Below, piece by piece: positions 8,744-14,605 of a stretch of 14,605 nucleotides of DNA. The notes beneath the pieces were generated by a model, which was given only the letters and a program-made list of their open reading frames with translations, was not told the DNA's origin and searched no databases. This stretch comes from Promethearchaeota archaeon (GTDB lineage Archaea > Asgardarchaeota > Lokiarchaeia > Sigyniarchaeales > SOKP01): NCBI GenBank assembly GCA_011364975.1, contig RDOE01000079.1, forward strand, positions 326 through 14,930, read 5' to 3'. The position numbers and the translations under genes are program-made. Numbering within the stretch: the first letter of the stretch is position 1; every line of letters begins with the position of its first letter.

Positions 8744-9835
8744 ATGTCAGAACATAAAATTGGTTTAATTATTGATGATGACTTTGCCTTTAAACATATT
8801 CCACCATATCCAAAGCCATCATTTATTTCATTTGAGAATCCTTATCGTATCAAATTTATTTTAGATCACCTTGCAGAATGGAATCTAATTGAGAATGATA
8901 AATTGATAACGCTAAGTCCTAGACCCATTAACGATACGATACTTGAGTTAGCGCATTCAAAATATCACATTGATTCCATTAAGCGGGTTTCGAATGTCGG
9001 TGGAGGGGTTATTGGTGAAGAAGTGTTTGTTTCAAAAGATACATTTCTGTTAGCCAGAAAAGCAGTAGGAGGGGCAATACGAGCATTAGAATGCGTAATT
9101 AATAATGAAGTATCTCAATCTTTTGCTTTAATTCGCCCTCCGGGTCATCATGCTATGAGAGAAGCAGCTGCAGGGCTCTGTATCTTTAATAATATCGCAA
9201 ACGCTATCCTTTATATAAGAAAATACTGTGATTTTAAAGAAAAGATTGCAATTATCGATATTGATAATCATTTTGGAGATGGTCTTGCTCGATATTTTTA
9301 TGAAGATCCTTCTGTTTTATATTATTCAATCCATGAGTTTGACTTTGGAGAGGGTGATTTAGGTATGATAAATGAAATAGGAATTGGAGAGGGACTTGGT
9401 ACAAACATTAATATACCGATTCCTCCAGAATCCACAAATGAAGACTTTTTTGAATGCTTTGAACTAATGGAAACGATAATTCGACAGTATAAGCCTGAAT
9501 TGATAATCATCGCGACTGGTTTTGATATGTATTTTGCAGATCCCATTGGAAATTGCTTGTTTACTAGTAAAGCGTATTATGAGTTTGCTAAATTTATTTT
9601 AAATCTCTCAAAAGAAATCTGTCATGGAAATATAAGCTTCATTTTAGAGGGAGGATACAGTCTAACCGGTTTACCATATTGTGTGAAAGCTATTATTAAA
9701 GCTCTTTTAAATGAAGAATTATTTCAACCAGAATTTGAATTAAATGTTACTTCACTTAAACGTAAAGATATCAATGAAGTTCAAAAGATTAATGAGATAG
9801 TAAAAGAAATAATCAAACCTTTTTGGGATATATAA
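8744..9835 (+). CDS. Histone deacetylase family (class II-like / AcuC-AphA superfamily) Zn-dependent deacylase
   Basis: ENPYRI, RPPGHHA (catalytic His dyad), GLCIFNNIA, IIDIDNHFGDG (Zn ligands D, H), YSIH, GEGLGTNINIPI, TGFD...DPIG (Zn ligand D) and LEGGY (catalytic Tyr). Confidence 0.92.
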   Translation: MSEHKIGLIIDDDFAFKHIPPYPKPSFISFENPYRIKFILDHLAEWNLIENDKLITLSPRPINDTILELAHSKYHIDSIKRVSNVGGGVIGEEVFVSKDTFLLARKAVGGAIRALECVINNEVSQSFALIRPPGHHAMREAAAGLCIFNNIANAILYIRKYCDFKEKIAIIDIDNHFGDGLARYFYEDPSVLYYSIHEFDFGEGDLGMINEIGIGEGLGTNINIPIPPESTNEDFFECFELMETIIRQYKPELIIIATGFDMYFADPIGNCLFTSKAYYEFAKFILNLSKEICHGNISFILEGGYSLTGLPYCVKAIIKALLNEELFQPEFELNVTSLKRKDINEVQKINEIVKEIIKPFWDI

Positions 9836-9864
9836 AAAAAATGAAAGAAAAAACAAGCTTATTC
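9836..9864 (-). terminator. Oligo-T terminator region for profilin
   Basis: 29-bp A-rich spacer between the convergent HDAC and profilin stops, giving T-tracts on the minus strand. Confidence 0.45.
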
Positions 9865-10269
9865 TTAAACCAAATTTGTTAATTTTTTGGCATAAGCTTG
9901 AACTGCGAATAAGGCATCTCTAGGACCTATTTGAGGATTGATATAGCAGATTAGGGCTCCCGTTCCACCTATAGGGATTGGTGCAATAATTATATGTCCT
10001 TTACCTGTAAGATTAGTACCAATTTTGCGTTCTTCAGTATTTTCGACGATCATATACTTAATTCCTTGGATTGAAATACTGCTCATTCCTTTTTCCCCAA
10101 GGGCCAATTTAGTTCGTAATAATTCATTAATGAGATTCAATTCAGTTGAGAGATCCCAATTTTCAGTTTGAGTTATTATTTCTCCAGAGGTGCTTATCAC
10201 AGCAACACCATATACATTTTGCTCTTCATTTAGAAGTTCATCAATTACACTTTCTATTTCTGATGACAT
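9865..10269 (-). CDS. Asgard (Loki-type) profilin, actin-monomer-binding protein
   Basis: 134 aa with profilin architecture: N-terminal helix (IESVIDELL), GVAVISTSGEIITQTENW, SISIQGIKYMIV (compare the eukaryotic lxlxGxKYmvl strand), GKGHIII, ALICY and a C-terminal helix (AVQAYAKKL). As recalled, it closely resembles characterised Lokiarchaeal profilins. Confidence 0.92.
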   Translation of the reverse strand: MSSEIESVIDELLNEEQNVYGVAVISTSGEIITQTENWDLSTELNLINELLRTKLALGEKGMSSISIQGIKYMIVENTEERKIGTNLTGKGHIIIAPIPIGGTGALICYINPQIGPRDALFAVQAYAKKLTNLV

Positions 10270-10296
10270 ATTCCCAAAACTTTTATTATCATTTTA

Positions 10297-10327
10297 TTAT
10301 ATAACTAATACAAGCAATTTATATAAA
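10297..10327. promoter_or_regulatory. Back-to-back TATA boxes of the profilin / ABC permease divergent promoter
   Basis: TTATATAA (10297-10304) lies 27 nt upstream of the profilin ATG. TTTATATAAA (10318-10327) lies 20 nt upstream of the permease GTG. Both are perfect palindromes, 13 bp apart. Confidence 0.55.
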
Positions 10328-10347
10328 AAATTAATTTTTACAAATCG

Positions 10348-10911
10348 GTGTTACTTTTGGCTTTTAGGTTATTTAAAAAATCAATTATAATGATATTAAG
10401 AGAAAAAAAGCAGTTCACAGTATTTTGTTTAATGTATACCATCTTGATATTTTGGACTAGCTATTCTATTGAACTGGTAATTGGTGGAGCAGGTACTGGT
10501 CTAGCAAGTGCTAGTTTCTTTATTGCATTAGGTGTGGGAGTTTCACTTTCGCTATTATATGCATGGATTATCGTGAGAAGAAACTCCAAAAACATAGCTA
10601 CTTTAAAATGTATAGGATGGACGAATAGAGATATTAATTCTTTGGTAACTGGCTTCATCATGTTTACCACAATTGTAGGGTTTATAATTGTAGTAGAAGT
10701 GTTATTCCACTATGTAGCCATTTTAGGGTATTTTCTTTCCGCTGATCCTGCTGGAGGGCATCTAGTTACCTCCTTGCCATTAGTAGGGCTCTTACCGGTT
10801 GTAGTTACTTTCATAATTTTCCTCTTTTTTCAAGTTATGGCAATATTATTAGCTAATAGGAAAATCTTGAGAGTTCGACCTATAATAGCATTGAAAAGAG
10901 TTGGAGAATAA
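10348..10911 (+). CDS. FtsX/MacB/LolC-family (type VII) ABC permease, minimal 4-TM form lacking the extracytoplasmic domain
   Basis: Amphipathic N-terminal helix (LAFRLFKKSIIMILREKKQF), 4 TM segments, coupling helix RRNSKNIATLKCIGWTNRDI (family consensus RxxEiaxlkalGxxxxxI) and C-terminal RKILRVRPIIALK (consensus rAxrlxPieALr). Adjacent to its ATPase. The start is GTG 10348 or ATG 10390. Confidence 0.82.
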   Translation: MLLLAFRLFKKSIIMILREKKQFTVFCLMYTILIFWTSYSIELVIGGAGTGLASASFFIALGVGVSLSLLYAWIIVRRNSKNIATLKCIGWTNRDINSLVTGFIMFTTIVGFIIVVEVLFHYVAILGYFLSADPAGGHLVTSLPLVGLLPVVVTFIIFLFFQVMAILLANRKILRVRPIIALKRVGE

Positions 10912-10927
10912 GGAGGATGAGAAAAAT

Positions 10928-11620
10928 ATGCCAGTAGATAAAGATACGATGATAGAAGCTATTGATGTAAATAAAGAGTATAGAAGAGCAGGAGCTATAA
11001 TTCGAGCTCTTGCCGATGTGAATGTAACAATCAAATCTGGAGAATTTGTAATAGTTCAAGGTCCAACAGGTTGTGGAAAAAGTACACTTCTTAATGTTCT
11101 GTCCGGTTTAGATTTACCTGATTCTGGAAAGATTATTTTTGATGGAGAGAATATCGCGAGGGCTACCGAAGATCGTTTAAGCAAGATAAGGAGACAAAAA
11201 ATAGGATTTGTATTTCAAGATTTCAATCTGGTTCCAACTTTAACAGCAATTGAAAATATCGAAGCATTATTATGGCCTACAGTTTTGCGAGAAAAAGAAA
11301 TAGAAAATAGAGCAATCTCCGCTCTAAGAGACGTACATCTACTCGAACGAAAAGATCATTATCCCGTTCAAATGTCTGGCGGAGAAAAACAGAGATGTGG
11401 ACTTGCTCGGGCAATAGTACATCGCCCCAGAGTTATTTTAGCAGATGAACCAACTGGAAATTTAGATCCTGAGTCAGAAAAGCAGGTTATGGACCTTCTA
11501 AAACAAATTAATAAAGATATGGAGACCACTGTGATTGTTGTTACCCATAGAGCTTCTTTGTCATCTTATGCTGATAAGGTCGTAAGTATGGATAAAGGCG
11601 CTATTATTAAGATTAAATAA
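10928..11620 (+). CDS. ABC transporter ATP-binding protein, LolD/MacB/FtsE (MJ0796-like) family
   Basis: Walker A GPTGCGKST, IGFVFQDFNL Q-loop, signature MSGGEKQR, Walker B/D-loop ILADEPTGNLD and H-loop VVTH. Start placed at ATG 10928 after AGGAGGATGA (10911-10920). The ORF track start is TTG 10901. Confidence 0.95.
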   Translation: MPVDKDTMIEAIDVNKEYRRAGAIIRALADVNVTIKSGEFVIVQGPTGCGKSTLLNVLSGLDLPDSGKIIFDGENIARATEDRLSKIRRQKIGFVFQDFNLVPTLTAIENIEALLWPTVLREKEIENRAISALRDVHLLERKDHYPVQMSGGEKQRCGLARAIVHRPRVILADEPTGNLDPESEKQVMDLLKQINKDMETTVIVVTHRASLSSYADKVVSMDKGAIIKIK

Positions 11621-11663
11621 TTATTTTTATTCAATATTCTTTTTCTTTCAATTTTTATAGTTT
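11621..11663 (+). terminator. T-rich terminator region after the ABC ATPase
   Basis: Multiple T4-T5 tracts immediately after the stop codon. Confidence 0.45.
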
Positions 11664-11679
11664 TAAGTATGTGTATGGA

Positions 11680-11703
11680 GAAATTAGCGAATTTGTTAAT
11701 TTC
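11680..11703. repeat. 24-bp imperfect palindrome
   Basis: GAAATTAGCGAATTTGTTAATTTC matches its reverse complement at 20 of 24 positions. It overlaps a second dyad, AATTTC-A-GAAATT (11698-11710). Confidence 0.45.
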
Positions 11704-11857
11704 AGAAATTGAATTGGACTCCCAAGGCTTTATTAATACCTAAAAAAATGTAAAATTTAAAACCAAAATTATAAATATAAGAATCACGTCTAATTTGGTA
11801 ATTAATACTCATAAAATAATAGTTTTAAATTTTAAAAGGTCTTAGAGGAAATTTACT

Positions 11858-12598
11858 ATGGGCTTTGGAAGAGTCGTTTGGACGGGTATCGTTGGGATGA
11901 TATTCCTATTGTTGACTTCATGGGTTAGCTTTTCTTTGCTAGATCTTACTGGATCAGTGACCGGTGGTTTAATAACAAATTTGAACGCAGGATTGTCTGC
12001 TTTAGGTGGGCTTATACCAGGATTTGGAGGGTTTCTTTCTATTTTGGCAAGTATGTTTCTTGGACTAATCCTAATTCTACTATTTCCGATTCATTGGTGT
12101 CTTTTTTATAGACCAGACGATGTATTGCTTATAATTTCTGTGATACTACCTTGGATATTGACCTGTAGTCTTATAGCTGCCATCGGGGCACACTCTCCGC
12201 GGGGAGGAATTCATTCAAGCTTAGCAATCGGGATTGGTTACATAATCATAACACTATTGCTTTACTTTTTAATCCCCCTCATACCGGGTATAGGGTCTAT
12301 CATTGGAGGTGTTATCGATGGATTAGCATCGGGATTAACAGATCTGCCTTTTGCTTTAGCCACATTCACCGCAATTCTAGAAGGATGTTTGGTAGGGGCA
12401 GTATTTGGTGGATTTATTGGAAGTTTAAAATATAAGGGTATAGGCGGTGGAAAGGCACCTAAAGCCAAGAAAATTAAGGGAACAAAAATAGATGAAGCGG
12501 AACCAACCTTAGATAGCTCTGCATTATGCAAAAATTGTGGAGCTAAGCTTATTCCCGGGGATGACTTCTGTACTAACTGTGGAAGCAAAGTAAAGTGA
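11858..12598 (+). CDS. Gly-rich membrane protein (about 5-6 TM) with C-terminal zinc ribbon
   Basis: Hydrophobic Gly-rich helices with GxxxG motifs (GCLVGAVFGGFIG), a Lys-rich linker and a terminal CKNCGAKLIPGDDFCTNCG (CxxC-x10-CxxC zinc ribbon). Confidence 0.85.
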   Translation: MGFGRVVWTGIVGMIFLLLTSWVSFSLLDLTGSVTGGLITNLNAGLSALGGLIPGFGGFLSILASMFLGLILILLFPIHWCLFYRPDDVLLIISVILPWILTCSLIAAIGAHSPRGGIHSSLAIGIGYIIITLLLYFLIPLIPGIGSIIGGVIDGLASGLTDLPFALATFTAILEGCLVGAVFGGFIGSLKYKGIGGGKAPKAKKIKGTKIDEAEPTLDSSALCKNCGAKLIPGDDFCTNCGSKVK

Positions 12599-12621
12599 AA
12601 AAGAAAATCTTAAATGCTATA

Positions 12622-12657
12622 TATTTTTATCTTTGTACTTTTTTTTTATTCTTTTTT
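12622..12657 (+). terminator. Oligo-T terminator after the zinc-ribbon membrane gene
   Basis: Long T tracts (up to T9) 25-60 nt after the stop. Confidence 0.5.
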
Positions 12658-12778
12658 ATAATTTATCAGAAATCGCTCTCTTATTGCCACAATTAATATT
12701 AAACCAATCAAAAAAATGAGATTTTAAATTAAAATGACACTATATAGATCATAATTAAGATACGTAAAATTATAAACC

Positions 12779-13786
12779 ATGTCAAGAACAGTTAAAGGAG
12801 TAATACTCACCCGATTAATAGTACTATTAAGCATAATTTTAATCCCTATAACGATTTTTGTAATTTTTTCTGTCGTTGATTTTAACTTGTGGTATTCTAA
12901 TGATCCAGTTCTTAAATTTTGGATTATAAAATTCGTATGTCCTCTGGTATTTAGTATTTCTTGGTTATTTTTTCTGATTTTATTTGCAAATCGGTTAGCA
13001 AACGCGATCGATACATTTGATGAGAAAATTGGTGTTGTTCCCTCACGTTTAAAGTTTTTTTATGGTATAAATGCCTTGTACCTTTTAATTATATTTGTTT
13101 TACCTCTTGTTACTCCCATAATTTCAATATTGAGTTTTGCCTCTTTTGCCTGGCACTTAACTACGTTTAAAAAAGAAAGTTGGGAGGAGGATTCCAAAGT
13201 ATCTTTCATTACAAAGTTATCTATAGTATTAGCTTCTATAATCCCAATTTTTTGTACAATTACTATAATTCCTGAATATTTAGATTTACCCTTATTTCTT
13301 TGGAATACCATATGGGTGCCAAATCTTGATTTACTCTTCACGGTATCCTATTCTTTATTCACGTCGCTCGCGTTCGGGTCTCTCATAATACTCTTTGCGA
13401 ATAAAGGAATTAGTGAATATGAGCAACTCTATGTCGATTCTACGCAAAAAAAAAGTTTTGCTAATGTAAAAATACTGGAAGTATTTCTCTTTGGTTTCTT
13501 TTTGTTCTTAGATTTATATAACTATACTCTAATTCAGTTATTTTACTGGGCAGGATTTATCATTATTATATTTACTTCACTTGTTAATTACGTTCAAGGT
13601 AAATCGAAATATGGTAGTTTTAAAAGCCATTTTATGGGTTATTTAATTGCTATGATATTTATCGGATCTAATGTTGTTTTTTCGAATGAAACCGTCTCGG
13701 AGTTCTTAAGAGTGTGGAGTCTCCTTCTCTCAGCAATTTTATACATTTTTGTATTGTTTTATACCTTTCTTACCATAGAAGATTGA
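12779..13786 (+). CDS. Hypothetical polytopic membrane protein (about 9-10 TM)
   Basis: 335-aa ORF with ATG start, made of hydrophobic segments separated by short charged loops. No family recognised. Confidence 0.8.
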   Translation: MSRTVKGVILTRLIVLLSIILIPITIFVIFSVVDFNLWYSNDPVLKFWIIKFVCPLVFSISWLFFLILFANRLANAIDTFDEKIGVVPSRLKFFYGINALYLLIIFVLPLVTPIISILSFASFAWHLTTFKKESWEEDSKVSFITKLSIVLASIIPIFCTITIIPEYLDLPLFLWNTIWVPNLDLLFTVSYSLFTSLAFGSLIILFANKGISEYEQLYVDSTQKKSFANVKILEVFLFGFFLFLDLYNYTLIQLFYWAGFIIIIFTSLVNYVQGKSKYGSFKSHFMGYLIAMIFIGSNVVFSNETVSEFLRVWSLLLSAILYIFVLFYTFLTIED

Positions 13787-13815
13787 TTAGCAAAAAATCT
13801 TTCATAACTTAAACT

Positions 13816-13965
13816 TTGAAAAATAATGGACTAATTATATTTAAAGAGTTATTTTATTCAAAAGAAGGATTAATACGAATTTTAAAAAGTCTGCTCTACT
13901 TACCGTATTTATCAGATTTCGCTGAAATTTGGGTTCTCTTCAGTTAGTCCATTTTCCTTTTTCAA
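13816..13965. repeat. 150-bp intergenic element bounded by ~20-bp imperfect inverted repeats, with internal stems
   Basis: TTGAAAAA (13816-13823) pairs with TTTTTCAA (13958-13965), and AATGGACTAA (13825-13834) pairs with TTAGTCCATT (13944-13953). Internal stems are AATACG/CGTATT and CAGATTTC/GAAATTTG. Confidence 0.45.
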
Positions 13966-14057
13966 TTTTCTATTGTGATAGAATCTAAATTATTAAAAAT
14001 AGAGAGTATTTCTATCTTGTTAAGATCTAAATTTAATAAAAAATGTGATCAAAAATA

Positions 14058-14605
14058 ATGAAAAAAGTAAGCACCAAAACTTTAATGGTTTTTACAATAT
14101 TGGTAGCTTCTTTTACGGCTACACCTATGATGGTTGCCGGGTATAATGATTATGAATATAACAGTGATTATTCTTACGATCAATTCGGAATAGATAACCC
14201 AATGGAGATTGTTATGGGTTTTTCAGGCGGTTTTGGAAGCATTTTTAGGGGTTTAGGTTACGGGGGTAATTATATAGGATTACTTTTTGAAATGCTCTTA
14301 ATGCAGACTTTAACCAACTTCAGTTCAAAGGAAATCATGGATGGAGTTTTTGTGTTAAGCGCATCGATAGAAAAAACCTATAATAATACGAGAAATTATA
14401 ATCTAGCGCCTGAAAAAGAAGTATTTATGCTTCCTTACGAGTATTATGAGGGAACATATGATCCAAGCACCCAGGGTTATGCATATTGCGATGTCACATC
14501 AACTGGAACGTATCAATATAATCTTACTGTTGGAGCTGCGGTCACCTTAATAATCTGGGATAACGATAAATCCTTTGTAAATGCAATTATGAGATTAATC
14601 GATTT
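14058..14605 (+). CDS. Secreted or surface hypothetical protein with Sec signal peptide (3' truncated by window edge)
   Basis: Not in the ORF track. ATG 14058 follows a GTGAT RBS-like motif, and the frame is open for 182 codons to the window end: MKKVSTKTLMVFTILVASFTATPMMVAGYNDYEYNSDYSYDQFGIDNPMEIVMGFSGGFGSIFRGLGYGGNYIGLLFEMLLMQTLTNFSSKE...VGAAVTLIIWDNDKSFVNAIMRLID. It has a basic n-region, an h-region and N-x-S/T sequons (NFS, NNT, NLT). Confidence 0.85.
   Translation, partial: MKKVSTKTLMVFTILVASFTATPMMVAGYNDYEYNSDYSYDQFGIDNPMEIVMGFSGGFGSIFRGLGYGGNYIGLLFEMLLMQTLTNFSSKEIMDGVFVLSASIEKTYNNTRNYNLAPEKEVFMLPYEYYEGTYDPSTQGYAYCDVTSTGTYQYNLTVGAAVTLIIWDNDKSFVNAIMRLID

Noticed and set aside
9322-9546. 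74-aa minus ORF with Pro-Ser repeats (possible profilin ligand)
   Set aside because: The Pro/Ser pattern is simply the reverse complement of Gly/Glu codons in the HDAC.
1-9835. GNAT plus HDAC as a writer/eraser pair
   Set aside because: They are 8.6 kb apart with unrelated genes between them, and both families are common.
10190-10390. 66-aa + ORF spanning the profilin start and promoter
   Set aside because: Overlaps profilin antisense and the TATA region, with no coding features.
10461-11034. 69-aa and 61-aa minus ORFs
   Set aside because: Antisense shadows of the ABC permease and ATPase.
12262-13341. 108-aa and 93-aa minus ORFs
   Set aside because: Antisense shadows of the two membrane protein genes.
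13784-13965. Possible selenocysteine readthrough of the TGA at 13784 with the downstream structure as a SECIS
   Set aside because: Readthrough adds only LAKNLS before a TAA, there is no redox motif, and I could not identify a SECIS core in the stems.
1-14605. tRNA, rRNA, CRISPR array, transposase or integrase
   Set aside because: No GC-rich structural RNA segment, regularly spaced direct repeats or recombinase motifs were seen.

Overview
AT-rich archaeal window, very likely from an Asgard archaeon (Lokiarchaeia/Promethearchaeota-like). The evidence is a Loki-type profilin, a Loki-type C-terminal longin-like domain, GGTGA-type ribosome-binding sites, TATA boxes and oligo-T terminators. The left half (1-6.4 kb) is a set of metabolic genes in alternating orientation: a GNAT C-terminus, a small hypothetical protein, an HSL-family esterase, a D-lyxose/mannose isomerase, an amidohydrolase, an HTH/Fe-S protein, a small membrane protein with an EF-hand-like loop, and a cyclase/KynB-family hydrolase. 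The right half (6.4-14.6 kb) holds two eukaryotic-signature genes and several membrane or envelope genes. These are a polytopic membrane protein with a C-terminal longin-like domain, a class II-like HDAC-family deacylase, profilin and, head-to-head with profilin, a type VII (FtsX/MacB/LolC-like) ABC permease with no extracytoplasmic domain plus its ATPase. Two uncharacterised membrane proteins and a truncated secreted protein follow. The best candidate for a new system is the profilin / miniature FtsEX-like ABC locus. A functional link is inference from one window and needs synteny testing. No RNA genes, CRISPR arrays or transposases were recognised. All family calls come from motif recognition by eye, not database searches.
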